Positions 19,709 to 29,607 of a stretch of 64,000 nucleotides of DNA are shown here, piece after piece (within the stretch, counting starts at the first letter, position 1; each line of letters opens with the position of its first letter). Both the position numbers and the translations under genes were made by a program. Below the pieces are notes generated by a model. The model was not told the origin of the DNA, ran no database searches, and saw only the letters and a program-made list of their open reading frames with translations. This DNA is from an uncultured Pseudomonadales bacterium. GTDB lineage: Bacteria; Patescibacteriota; Microgenomatia; UBA1400; UBA1396. The DNA lies in contig CAYUUK010000004.1 of the NCBI GenBank assembly GCA_964447905.1, positions 14,695 through 78,694 of the forward strand, given 5' to 3'.

Positions 19709-21454
19709 TTATCGGTATAGGGACCAAATTGTCTTGCCAGTAGGGTCTTCTACGGTATCTACTACTGATGCAGCTTCTGGAAGTAAATCTGGTGGAGCGG
19801 CATGCAGTCCAGACTCATGCTTTTGCCCTATGAAAAAACTCCATTCTTGGAACTGCAGTAACTCACGTTGATCTTTTTCAGCTGTCTTACTTTCTTTTTG
19901 GACTACTCGAGGATCAACTTGTTCGTAGAACAAGACATACATGCTTGGTCGTCCATAACTTCGTGAGACAAAGAGGCGCTCATTTTCTTGTTGATGGAGT
20001 CTCATTTTGCTGATCATTTCTTCATATCCATACTGCCAAAATTGACTTGAAGTGCGGTTGTATGTTGACCAAGCTTCGAATGCATACAGTGTGCTGAATA
20101 CAACGACTCCGCTGAACAATAGGCCTCCTACAGCAGCTTTTGCAAAAGAAGAATGGAAAAAACGCTCAGGCAGGAGAGGACGTGTGGTGAGTATTCGCCA
20201 GAGCTCTGAAAAACCAAAACCAGACAAAATTGCCAGCCATACGCTCATGGGCAAGGCGCGAAGGGCGTGAGGAGTTGTCTGTGTGAACATTGCCGCAACA
20301 GGGGACAGGAGAAGCAGTCCTAAGAGAAGCCACTTTTTGTTGTTGGCATATACATGGACGACCCAGATACTGGCAAGGACGGTAAGAATTTCAAACGGAT
20401 ACAGCATGCCAAAGAATTGCGTGCTGTGGCGAGGATTCTCATCGCCAACAAAAAACAAAAATGCCGGACTGAAATGACTCATGTAATTCTGCAGCAGTTC
20501 GTGCGTCCACAAAATCGATCGATGAAAAAATATTCTGGAGAGAAGTGTATTACCAGCAGATTCTCGGAGCATATTTGAAGTTTCTACTGGTCCCGTGTCT
20601 GAAAAAAGAGAAGTTTCGGCGATACGTTGCTGAACAACAGGAGATCGCGAGTTTACAAGAATCGGACTCACAAGGAGTACCGCAAAAGTAGCAATACTAG
20701 CCAGGTAAGCGACTGTACTTACACTCCAACGTGTTTTTTGTGGCCACTGCCACCACTGCCAAATCGCAATCCAAAAAGTGAAGAGTGGCGCTAGCAGTCG
20801 AGTGCCGTGGTAGGTGTACATGCTCGCGGCCAAGAGAAGAGTTGCTGGAATCATCCAAGAAAAGAATGATGCGTATATTTTGCTGTTGGTACTTTTTTCG
20901 AGAGTTTGTAGGCCTTTCCAAAAGAGAAATGTGCCACTACTCAATAGGAAAGTGGCCAAAACGACCTCAAAGCCGAGTCGCCCCAGCCACCAGCTCCAGG
21001 GCTGAACCGCCCATAAAAGTGCAGAAAGCAGGGCGATCCGCTGTGAATATATGCTTTTTTTGGTGAGCTCTCGTGCCCAAGCATAAACTACCCAAGTGGT
21101 GAGTGTGCTGGCCACCACAGCGGGCAAACGCACTGCCCAAGTGTTCAGTCCAAATAGTGCAATAGAAGGTACGAGTGCATAGAAATAGCCGCTGGGCTTG
21201 AAGTCTCCAAAGGAAGGAAATGCCACCACCGGTAAAAAATTTCCCTGATGATCGGCACCGGTTTTTAGAATCGAGTACGCGTCATACCCTAAGGCTACTT
21301 CCTCCCAGTAGGGAGATGGTGGTACCACGGTATTACCGGTAATTCTCAGAATGCCTGCGAGCAGAATGATGCCGATGAGCGCTTTAGCAGAAAAGATTTT
21401 CTTGGCCAGACTCAGAATCGAATGAGAGCGCGTTTTCACCTTATTGGATTTCAT
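19709..21454 (-). CDS. GT-C glycosyltransferase (ArnT/PMT-2-like)
   Basis: PPSPYWEEVALGYDAYSILKTG, SFGDFKP, WAVRLP and many TMs; ATG 21454 overlaps the end of the upstream gene. Confidence 0.85.
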   Translation of the reverse strand: MKSNKVKTRSHSILSLAKKIFSAKALIGIILLAGILRITGNTVVPPSPYWEEVALGYDAYSILKTGADHQGNFLPVVAFPSFGDFKPSGYFYALVPSIALFGLNTWAVRLPAVVASTLTTWVVYAWARELTKKSIYSQRIALLSALLWAVQPWSWWLGRLGFEVVLATFLLSSGTFLFWKGLQTLEKSTNSKIYASFFSWMIPATLLLAASMYTYHGTRLLAPLFTFWIAIWQWWQWPQKTRWSVSTVAYLASIATFAVLLVSPILVNSRSPVVQQRIAETSLFSDTGPVETSNMLRESAGNTLLSRIFFHRSILWTHELLQNYMSHFSPAFLFFVGDENPRHSTQFFGMLYPFEILTVLASIWVVHVYANNKKWLLLGLLLLSPVAAMFTQTTPHALRALPMSVWLAILSGFGFSELWRILTTRPLLPERFFHSSFAKAAVGGLLFSGVVVFSTLYAFEAWSTYNRTSSQFWQYGYEEMISKMRLHQQENERLFVSRSYGRPSMYVLFYEQVDPRVVQKESKTAEKDQRELLQFQEWSFFIGQKHESGLHAAPPDLLPEAASVVDTVEDPTGKTIWSLYR

Positions 21455-23123
21455 AGATGTAAAAGGCCGCGGAGTCGTCACTGCGGACAATAGTTTTTGT
21501 AGGAGTGTAGTTTTCGAGTGGCTCGCTAGCGGCAGTGATTACTACATCGAACTGGTTGGCATCGAGTGAAGATGTCTTTCCGAACTGTACGTTTCCCGGA
21601 AACCGATAGAGCTGATATGTTTCAAACGGTACCTGATTATAGAATGCAAAGAAGATTTGTGGCTCGCCGTACGCTGTAGTGAACTTGGTTCGCTTGTTAT
21701 CGGCAATGTAGGAGTGCGTTATGAGCACAGCTTCTTCGTAGCCTTCCATCCATGACTCTGCAGAAGTGAGACGATACTCAGTGCGGTAGAAGGACCAAAA
21801 TGCTGCCCACTCAATGATTGTTGCCATAATGATGCCACTGATGAGTGTAGTAAATATTTTCTCTGGCAGTTCTTTTTCGAGTTCACGCGCGCCAGATACC
21901 ATAATGATGATGAATGCTGGTAGCGCAAGAAGTGCTCTATTTGGGTGTGGTGTCTCGACACCGATGGCTGCTGGCAAGAAGCCAATAATCGCAAAGAGGA
22001 TCCATAACCATACAGGTGTGCTCAGAAGTGAGCTTTGGGTGCTTTCCGCAAAATATTTGGCAAGGTGTTTTTGCCAAGCTCTTTTTTTCGGTTTGACCCA
22101 TCTTTCAAGCGGACGGGCGACTCCAAAAGTGAGACCAAGCAAGAAAAGAATGAGTTGGCTCCAGAGAAATACGCCGCGCGAACCCGTGCTGTGGCGCAGA
22201 GAATCGGTATCTCCCAGAGCAAGGAATCCAACAGAGAAGTACTGTGCCAAGTTCTTGAAAAAAAGCACTAATGCTGTGGGGAGCATATTTTGGGCGAACA
22301 CCGTTGTTTGCGTTGCGCGGGCTATACCTGTGCCATTGAGTACTGTATACAAGAATGGAGTCAGCAAAATGCTGGCAAAAATGACGGCTACCGTGATGAT
22401 TCGCCATTGCGACAGCCAGTACTTTCGTTGAGTGAAGTACTCGTAAACGGCTATGGAACCAACGATCAATGGAAAAACCACCTTTGTGGAGTGGTAGACA
22501 TATAAGCCACCAACAATCGAGAGCACTAGCAGACCCCAACCAAGGTGCTTCCTCCAGTTGGGCAGCGTTTTGTCTCGAATTTCCATCCAGGATGCTAAAA
22601 GCACGAGGAAAGCAAGCAGGGCTAGCCCTGACTCAAACCCGACGCGTGAAAAGAGAATGTGCCAAGGAGAGATAACCAGTAACCACCCCGCTAATACTGG
22701 ATACCACTTATGCTGTGTCAGACGCCAAGTTATCCACATTATGACTGCAATTGAGGCAATTCCAGCGAGGGCAAAAGGCAGGCGAACGACCCATACGTGC
22801 ATTCCCAAGAGTGTGGTGAAGATTCCAGTACTATACATAGCCAGTGGTGCCTTGAAGTCTCCAAACGATTCAAAGACTATCGGCAGACGATCCATGTGTT
22901 CATCCATTCCCGTGGTGATAACCATTTTGCCGATGTACCCTAAAGCGGCTTCGTCCCAGGTTAATCCAGTTGGAAGTGCGCCGAGTTGCCACAGGCGCGT
23001 AAACGCGCCAAGAAAGAGAATAAAAGCGAGCACCAGAAAGTACTTCCAGTGGGCAACTACTGTTTCAGCACCTTGATTCTTTGAGAGTACTTTTTGTGAG
23101 AATGCTGACAGCCAAGAAAACAT
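21441..23123 (-). CDS. GT-C glycosyltransferase (ArnT/PMT-2-like), paralogue of its neighbour
   Basis: PTGLTWDEAALGY, SFGDFKAP, VVRLPFA and SPWHILFSRVGFE. Confidence 0.85.
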   Translation of the reverse strand: MFSWLSAFSQKVLSKNQGAETVVAHWKYFLVLAFILFLGAFTRLWQLGALPTGLTWDEAALGYIGKMVITTGMDEHMDRLPIVFESFGDFKAPLAMYSTGIFTTLLGMHVWVVRLPFALAGIASIAVIMWITWRLTQHKWYPVLAGWLLVISPWHILFSRVGFESGLALLAFLVLLASWMEIRDKTLPNWRKHLGWGLLVLSIVGGLYVYHSTKVVFPLIVGSIAVYEYFTQRKYWLSQWRIITVAVIFASILLTPFLYTVLNGTGIARATQTTVFAQNMLPTALVLFFKNLAQYFSVGFLALGDTDSLRHSTGSRGVFLWSQLILFLLGLTFGVARPLERWVKPKKRAWQKHLAKYFAESTQSSLLSTPVWLWILFAIIGFLPAAIGVETPHPNRALLALPAFIIIMVSGARELEKELPEKIFTTLISGIIMATIIEWAAFWSFYRTEYRLTSAESWMEGYEEAVLITHSYIADNKRTKFTTAYGEPQIFFAFYNQVPFETYQLYRFPGNVQFGKTSSLDANQFDVVITAASEPLENYTPTKTIVRSDDSAAFYIYEIQ

Positions 23124-23200
23124 GCTTCTATTGTGGCATAGGTCAGGAGAAAAATAAACGGAAACCCACTCTTGTACCTGGGTGTTCGTGCGATTGTTTG

Positions 23201-24151
23201 TTACGTAGCGGCGCTGAGGACTGCTTTGTCGGTGCGCTTCCAGAGTTTATACGCACTGCGTCGTTGTCGCATAAGGTCGGGGAGTTGTTGAAGTGCTTGG
23301 ATAAAGCCAGCACCAACCACTCCTTTTGTTTTGAGGTTACTGATCGTGAGATGGTACGGTAGCCAGAAAACATGTTGCAGTAAGAGTATTGGGTCAGTAA
23401 TATTTTTCCAGACAAGTAAAAATTGATTTTTCCAAGACATTATTTCCATATTGCGACGACCAAAAACTGAGCTATTCGTAGTCTCGTGTTGGTGTAGTAC
23501 GCGAACGTGTGGTAAAAAGCGAATTTTCCAGCCATGCTTGAGGGCACGATAGCTGAGGTCTCGATCTTCTTCATAGGCTGGGTAAAACAAGGTGTCCATG
23601 CCACCGATCTCTAAAAACTTTTCTCGGTCGAATGCCATACTGCCGCCAGAAGTCCAGAGTGTGGTGGGTGAGTGTTGATTCGAGTCGTACCAATGAGTGA
23701 GGAGACCACGACGAAATCCTCCCGTTCCACGGCCCGAAATTGGTGCGTCGGCTTGAGTGGTAGATACCTCAGCGCAGCCCACAGCAAAAAGCTCAGGATC
23801 GTGTAAAAACGGGTACAGAATTTCTGCGCGAAAATCTTCAGAAAGGGGAGAGACGTCGTTGTTGAGTAAGAGCACGAATGGTCTTTTTGCCAAGCGAACA
23901 CCAGTATTTACGGCCGCAGCGAAACGGCGATTCTTGCTGTGTTTTTTGTAGTGCAGAGAAATTTTTGGTGCAGTGGTTACCGATCGAATCCATTTCTCGG
24001 TGTCATCACTCGATGCGTCATCAACAATGATGACCTCGTCTCCAGGTTTGAGTATTTCTAAAACCCGAGGCAGGTGCTTCTGCAGGAGGTGACGGCCATT
24101 GTAGGTCGGAATAACTACTGAAAGGGCGGGATGTTTTCCTGGGTGTGTCAT
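23201..24151 (-). CDS. Glycosyltransferase family 2
   Basis: SVVIPTYNG, IVDDASSD, LLNND and YEEDRDLSYRA. Confidence 0.9.
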   Translation of the reverse strand: MTHPGKHPALSVVIPTYNGRHLLQKHLPRVLEILKPGDEVIIVDDASSDDTEKWIRSVTTAPKISLHYKKHSKNRRFAAAVNTGVRLAKRPFVLLLNNDVSPLSEDFRAEILYPFLHDPELFAVGCAEVSTTQADAPISGRGTGGFRRGLLTHWYDSNQHSPTTLWTSGGSMAFDREKFLEIGGMDTLFYPAYEEDRDLSYRALKHGWKIRFLPHVRVLHQHETTNSSVFGRRNMEIMSWKNQFLLVWKNITDPILLLQHVFWLPYHLTISNLKTKGVVGAGFIQALQQLPDLMRQRRSAYKLWKRTDKAVLSAAT

Positions 24152-25320
24152 ACGTGTTTTTTGGCCTGAGTGTAACGCATTGCCACCATTTGGTCGACGG
24201 TGGTTGTGAAGCGCTCCAGGGAAAACTCTTCAGATTTTTTGCGGGCGCGGTCTGACCACTCCGAGCGGGTTGCGCCTTTGAGGTTCATCAATTCTTGTGT
24301 GTATTGCAACAGTTCTTCTAGAGAATCAAAGCGAAATCCATTCTCATTGTGATCAACCGTTTCTTTGAGACCACCTTTGTTGACCACAACCGGGAGCGTT
24401 CCGCGGGCCATAGCTTCAATGGTCGACATGCCAAAGTGTTCCACTTTTTGTGGGAAGCGTTCTTCATCGATACCATAGCCAGCAGCATGCCAAAAGATAC
24501 TGCTTTTGGCGTATAGATCATTCAGTTCGTTATGCGGAATGTCATGGTGGAAAAAGATAGGAAACCCTTGGGCCTCTTTTTGGAGTCGTTCTACGAAAGC
24601 TGTGTGGACCGAGTCTGGTTCGACAGCACCTACTAAATGGAGTTGCCAGTTGCGCTTGTCCCACCCAAGTTGTTTGCAACCGGTTTTGAATGCTTGAATC
24701 AATATATCTTGTCGTTTGGCATGAACATCAGTGTGTTCGGGATCATAGAATCTTCCTACGGCCAAAATCTGTCGCTGTCGTTGTGAGTCAGGAATCGGTG
24801 GGTACGGAATTGTAGCGGTGTCCACAAATGGATAGTGAATAACGTCAACAGCAGTATTCCATGATTTATCAATAACTTCTTTCGTAAATGCGGAGTTGGT
24901 ATTAAGAACGTTCCATGAGTTCAGTTTTTGTCGGGCCCACCAACCTGCTTGACGATTGGTAAACGGAATCTGCACATGGAGGATACTCAGTTTGGCGCCC
25001 GAAAGGAACAGGCTGCCATCTGTGGCGTACAGGAGGACATCGAACTGGCGGGTGTACTGCCAAGTTTGCCACGGTCGTACAGTTCTGTCTGCTAGTGGCG
25101 AGTGCTTCCACTCGACCAGAGAAAGATCAAGGTCAAAAAAGGATTCGTATTGTGATACTGCTCGAGTCAGGTCTTCCGAGTTAAAAGCAGAAGGGATAAG
25201 TATTTCTACATCGTGGTTTTGGCTCAGATAGGCAGTAGTCGTGAGAACATGCTTTTCCCCACCACCATAGTGTTTTGGGAGGTACGGAGAGTAGATACCA
25301 ATGCGCATACGCTGAGCCAT
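24148..25320 (-). CDS. Glycosyltransferase family 4
   Basis: GGGEK, AVGRF, KRQD and EHFGMSTIEAMARG. Confidence 0.9.
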   Translation of the reverse strand: MAQRMRIGIYSPYLPKHYGGGEKHVLTTTAYLSQNHDVEILIPSAFNSEDLTRAVSQYESFFDLDLSLVEWKHSPLADRTVRPWQTWQYTRQFDVLLYATDGSLFLSGAKLSILHVQIPFTNRQAGWWARQKLNSWNVLNTNSAFTKEVIDKSWNTAVDVIHYPFVDTATIPYPPIPDSQRQRQILAVGRFYDPEHTDVHAKRQDILIQAFKTGCKQLGWDKRNWQLHLVGAVEPDSVHTAFVERLQKEAQGFPIFFHHDIPHNELNDLYAKSSIFWHAAGYGIDEERFPQKVEHFGMSTIEAMARGTLPVVVNKGGLKETVDHNENGFRFDSLEELLQYTQELMNLKGATRSEWSDRARKKSEEFSLERFTTTVDQMVAMRYTQAKKHV

Positions 25321-25321
25321 A

Positions 25322-26176
25322 CTATTTACGAGAAAATGTTTCCCATTGTTTTTGAATTTCTTGCTCAATGCGGTCGTAGCGTTTTTCCAGTGATGGCTTT
25401 TGTTGCATCTCCCAGAGGCGAACGTAGACCAAGAACCGGTTCATACTTTTGATCATGGCTTCAATTATGCCTTCGTGTCCATCTTTCCAGGCCATCTTAA
25501 AGACAAGTCGATTGAAAATATCGAAAAGAACAATTTTAAAAAGTCGCAGTGGCGTGATTTTCGGATGATTTGCTGCTAGCAGAAGTTTGGCTTCGACATC
25601 TGTCCAGTCAATAGATTTGCGCAGGCCGTCATACAAATTGCGGTGAGTAAGGTGCACAAGTGGTTCGTCAATATGACCGATTCGGCCGACTATTTCGGCA
25701 TGTTCGTGGACTTCGCCCACCCAAGTTTTCAGTTTTTCTTTTTTGACTAATCGGAGTAGTTCATCGTTGTTCCAGCCGCCATGCTGCATCCAGCGACCCA
25801 AGTGAATGTTGTTACGGTGAAGCGTGTAGGCATCATACTCGGTGCGCTGGACTCTGTTTTGGATTGTTTTGGCGAGAGCTGGTGTAACACGCTCGTCAGC
25901 ATCAATGTAGAGAATCCAGGCTGTATTTACGAGCTCAGCCGCTTCATTCCGCCACTGGGAGAAATTTTCACCATGGGCTTGTTCAACGCGAGCGCCGGCT
26001 CTTTGCGCTGCGCCACGTGTGCGGTCTTTGGAGCCGGTATCGAGAACTAAGACTTCATCGGCCCAGGAAAGTGTTTCGATACAGTTCACAATCATCGCTT
26101 CTTCATTGCGAGCAATAATGACTGCCGTAACTGAGTACAGTTGGTTATGAGCGGTGGAGCGAGGGGTTGATGCCAT
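25322..26176 (-). CDS. Glycosyltransferase family 2 (WaaE/KdtX-like)
   Basis: IIARNEE, LDTGSKDRT, YIDADERV and VHE. Confidence 0.88.
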   Translation of the reverse strand: MASTPRSTAHNQLYSVTAVIIARNEEAMIVNCIETLSWADEVLVLDTGSKDRTRGAAQRAGARVEQAHGENFSQWRNEAAELVNTAWILYIDADERVTPALAKTIQNRVQRTEYDAYTLHRNNIHLGRWMQHGGWNNDELLRLVKKEKLKTWVGEVHEHAEIVGRIGHIDEPLVHLTHRNLYDGLRKSIDWTDVEAKLLLAANHPKITPLRLFKIVLFDIFNRLVFKMAWKDGHEGIIEAMIKSMNRFLVYVRLWEMQQKPSLEKRYDRIEQEIQKQWETFSRK

Positions 26177-27119
26177 AGTTTTTTCGAAGTACATCGAGTA
26201 TAGCGCGTTTCATGATTCTGTCGCCAGCGCGATACTGTTGCCACATGTGTTTTATAAGAAAAATTTTGGTTCTGACCGGCGCATAGCGCAGGCCAAAGAG
26301 ATAGCGGTTTCTCGTTTGGTAGTAGCGATGCAGGTCTGAGCCGCTACCAGATGAGCCGGCATTTTTATGCCAGATTACGGCATTTGGTTGATAGCGAACT
26401 CGATAGCCCGCTCTCGTGAGTCGGCAGGAGAGGTCAACATCTTCAAAATAGAGAAAGTACTTTTCGTCAAAGAGACCGTGTTTTTTGAGAGCAGTGGTAC
26501 TCAGAGCGACACAGCAACCGGTGGCAAACGGCGTATTTTCTGGACGACTGTACTGGCCGCGGTCGACTTCGTCGACCGCGCGATGAAACGCCACCACTTC
26601 CGTCCAATCAATAACGCCACCGCCATACCAAAAAACTCGTCCGATCTGATTTTTTTCATACCCGGAGTGGAACTCGTTACCAGGATTAAAGTAGATTTTT
26701 GGCACCGCTGCGCCGATTTTGGTGTTACTACGCATCGTAGCAATGAGGGTCTCTAAGGCTGATTTTTCCACGACCGTGTCATCGTTTAAAAGAATAACTA
26801 CGTCGCTTTGGAGGTTTTCAATTGCCCACTGTATGCCGTGGTTATTGGCACCGGTGAAACCGGTATTTTCTTCGAGGCGCAAAAGAGTAATGTTGCCTTC
26901 GTACTCAGCCACGACCTCACTGACTGATTCCGCAGAAGCATTGTCAACAATGATCGGGTGGAGGTCGGCTGCATTGGTCGTGTTTCCGAGAGAGAGCAAA
27001 CACTCGCGCACGTTGTTGGCGTTGTTGTAGTGAACGATGACCACACCGATGCGTTTCGTGTCGATCGGCAGGTCAGTGCCCCGAGAAGTGGTCTGTTCTC
27101 CAGTTAGCGACTCAGCCAT
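26145..27119 (-). CDS. Glycosyltransferase family 2 (rhamnosyltransferase-like)
   Basis: VIVHYNN, VDNAS, NTGFTGANN, LLNDDT and FDEKYFLYFEDVDL. Confidence 0.9.
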   Translation of the reverse strand: MAESLTGEQTTSRGTDLPIDTKRIGVVIVHYNNANNVRECLLSLGNTTNAADLHPIIVDNASAESVSEVVAEYEGNITLLRLEENTGFTGANNHGIQWAIENLQSDVVILLNDDTVVEKSALETLIATMRSNTKIGAAVPKIYFNPGNEFHSGYEKNQIGRVFWYGGGVIDWTEVVAFHRAVDEVDRGQYSRPENTPFATGCCVALSTTALKKHGLFDEKYFLYFEDVDLSCRLTRAGYRVRYQPNAVIWHKNAGSSGSGSDLHRYYQTRNRYLFGLRYAPVRTKIFLIKHMWQQYRAGDRIMKRAILDVLRKNYGINPSLHRS

Positions 27120-28012
27120 CGGCGACCTTTCCAGTACCAGCGCATGAGGCCAGAGGAGGTATTTACTTTTTCGGTCAGTTCCCAGTAGCGCGCTTCTCGC
27201 GCCATGTCTCTCAGTAACGCCGAAACCCTACCGTGTTTCGTGGATGCGGAAAACTCCTTCTCTTCCCACTGATACGCCGACTCTAACACTGCCGTCAGAC
27301 CCTGTAAAACCGACAGGTAGTAGCCATGAGCGCCGTCGTTATGACCGCCCCACTGAAAGTAGCGCCGTAGGAACTCCGAAAAGAAATTCTTGAGCGGATC
27401 AGGTGAGGCTTTTTTGTTTTCATGTTGACCGGCCGCTACGATGCGTCCGTATCTCTGGGCCCGGTCGATAAATTGGTCGATTGTTTGGTAGTTTTCATGG
27501 ACAATGGCAAGCCTTTCGGATTCTAGCAGTCTCTCGGCTGTTTCGCTAATTTGAGGGGTGGAGTGGATTTCATTGCTCCATACGACTAAATTTGGCTTAA
27601 ACAGGCGTAAAACGTAGTCGGGCCACCATCCGGTCTTGACCCATTTTCCAAAAATAATGTTCTTTCTTGGTAAGAAGTAGGCGTCGGTTTTGGGGTCGAG
27701 GATGAGTGTGTCGCGAATTTCGGTGGCGAGACTCGGTGGAATTGTTTCGTCGGAGTCGAGAATGAGCACCCAGTCACTGGTCGCTTTGGCAATTGCAGCG
27801 TTGCGGGCGGGTTCCACGTAGCCGACATCAGGGTGGTAGAAGACCTTGGCGCGAAAATCTTTGGCGATCTCGACCGTGCGATCTTCGCTGTGCATGTCCA
27901 TGACGATGATTTCGTCGGCAATGCCTTTAACGCTGCTCAGACACGCTTTCAGCGTGGCGGCAGAGTTTTTGGTGTTGATGACTACCGAGAGAGTCGGAGC
28001 TTGAGTGGCCAT
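27104..28012 (-). CDS. Glycosyltransferase family 2 (WaaE/KdtX-like)
   Basis: LSVVINTKNS, MDMHSEDRT, VEPARN, ILDSDE and WWPDY. Confidence 0.88.
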   Translation of the reverse strand: MATQAPTLSVVINTKNSAATLKACLSSVKGIADEIIVMDMHSEDRTVEIAKDFRAKVFYHPDVGYVEPARNAAIAKATSDWVLILDSDETIPPSLATEIRDTLILDPKTDAYFLPRKNIIFGKWVKTGWWPDYVLRLFKPNLVVWSNEIHSTPQISETAERLLESERLAIVHENYQTIDQFIDRAQRYGRIVAAGQHENKKASPDPLKNFFSEFLRRYFQWGGHNDGAHGYYLSVLQGLTAVLESAYQWEEKEFSASTKHGRVSALLRDMAREARYWELTEKVNTSSGLMRWYWKGRRWLSR

Positions 28013-29607
28013 AGTCCCAGCGATTCCATTTCTTTTTTGAGGCGTTTCCAGCCAATGAGTAAGAACACTATAGCAAATACGCTTCCGGTGATCACAATAC
28101 CAGCGGCCATGTGCCAGAGCGACTGCATCCAGAGAGGCATGGTGACCCAACCGAAGGCGGTCATAACGACCGTGGCGATGAGTTGTCGCCAAATGTTGCC
28201 GATGAAGGAGAACGGCACCACTTGCTGCACCATCCAGACGGTCACGACCGAGCTAAAGCCAATCAGGGCGGAAGCCAAGGCGACACCATTGAAGCCAAAG
28301 TAGTAGATTCCTAGTGGGGTGAGGACCCACGTGAGCACTGTCCACATCACCATTAAGATGAGCGTTTTGTTAACGTGACCAATCGCGTTGAGCGTATTAG
28401 TGAGCGGGGTAGAGACACTGCCCCAGGCAATGTTTACCGCAAAGAGAGCCAAGGCAATCAGGGCTGGTTGCCACTTGTTGTATTCCGGAATGAGCGTGAC
28501 GAGCGGATAGAAAAACAAAGCCATACCAGCTAAAAGCGGGAAGTTCACTAAAGAGATAAAGAAGATGGTTTTCTCTATGGCTTTGCGGAGGAGTTTTTTA
28601 TCGTGCTGCAAGCGAGCAAACGTGGGGAAGGTAATAGCGGTAATGTTGTTCACGGTGAACTGTTGGGGCATGTTGGTATTGCGTTTGGCCCAGCCAATAT
28701 ATCCAAGTGCTGATGGCTCCAACCATGCACCGACCACCACGATAGTGATTAAGTCATCTTTCACGCGGGCGAGGAGATCATTCAGCTGGAAGCGGAATCC
28801 AAACGACATCAACTCTTTCAGGCTCTGTCGCCAAATACCGATGCCAATCGGCCAGCTCTGCAGCGAGTACATGATGGCAATTCCGGCCACGTCGCGGGCG
28901 AGGATTCCCCAAATGAAGCTTTGCACACCAAAGCCGCGCCAGGCCATGACGGTAACGATGCTATAGAAAACGAGGTTTTCTACGATGGAGGGAATTGCGA
29001 GTAGATCAAAACGGAGTTGTCTGGAAAGGAGGACCGAAGGAATAGTTTTGAAGGTAATGACAAAGAACGATCCTGCCACGATGTACAGGAGCCACAAGGC
29101 TTCTCCAGATAAGTTTTGCACTGAAGTCCAGTACGGAGTAAGTACTACCACCACTACAAAGATCAAGATGGCTAAGATCTGCTGAACAGTGAATGTGGTG
29201 CGCAGGTCTTCTTTGGTTGGTTCTTCCTTTTTCTGAATGAGTGCCGAGGCCAAGCCGATATCAGATAAGAACGTGAAGAGAGACAGCACGGCTGTTACCA
29301 AGTAATAGATCCCAAAGTCGTTCGGCGAGAGAAACGCGGCTAAGAGAAAGTTTGCCACGAGAACAATGCCATAAACCGCCACGCTGCGGCCCATATAGCT
29401 CAGGACACCGGCAATGGAGCGTTTTTTAATTTCTTCAGTTTCTGTGGTCGCTGCTTTCTCGGCGAGTTCTCCGATATGCGAACCCAGCTCTTCTAAGTTG
29501 GCTTCTTCGTCAGTCGAGATAATATTGCGAAGGTCTTCTCGGCTGAGTTCGTTGCTGGCCGTTGCGTTCCTTTTTTGAGAGGCACTCTTTTTCTTAGAGG
29601 GAGACAT
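27982..29607 (-). CDS. Wzx-like oligosaccharide flippase (MOP superfamily)
   Basis: LSPNDFGIY, DIGLASALIQ, FPTFARLQ and about 12 TMs. Confidence 0.9.
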   Translation of the reverse strand: MSPSKKKSASQKRNATASNELSREDLRNIISTDEEANLEELGSHIGELAEKAATTETEEIKKRSIAGVLSYMGRSVAVYGIVLVANFLLAAFLSPNDFGIYYLVTAVLSLFTFLSDIGLASALIQKKEEPTKEDLRTTFTVQQILAILIFVVVVVLTPYWTSVQNLSGEALWLLYIVAGSFFVITFKTIPSVLLSRQLRFDLLAIPSIVENLVFYSIVTVMAWRGFGVQSFIWGILARDVAGIAIMYSLQSWPIGIGIWRQSLKELMSFGFRFQLNDLLARVKDDLITIVVVGAWLEPSALGYIGWAKRNTNMPQQFTVNNITAITFPTFARLQHDKKLLRKAIEKTIFFISLVNFPLLAGMALFFYPLVTLIPEYNKWQPALIALALFAVNIAWGSVSTPLTNTLNAIGHVNKTLILMVMWTVLTWVLTPLGIYYFGFNGVALASALIGFSSVVTVWMVQQVVPFSFIGNIWRQLIATVVMTAFGWVTMPLWMQSLWHMAAGIVITGSVFAIVFLLIGWKRLKKEMESLGLWPLKLRLSR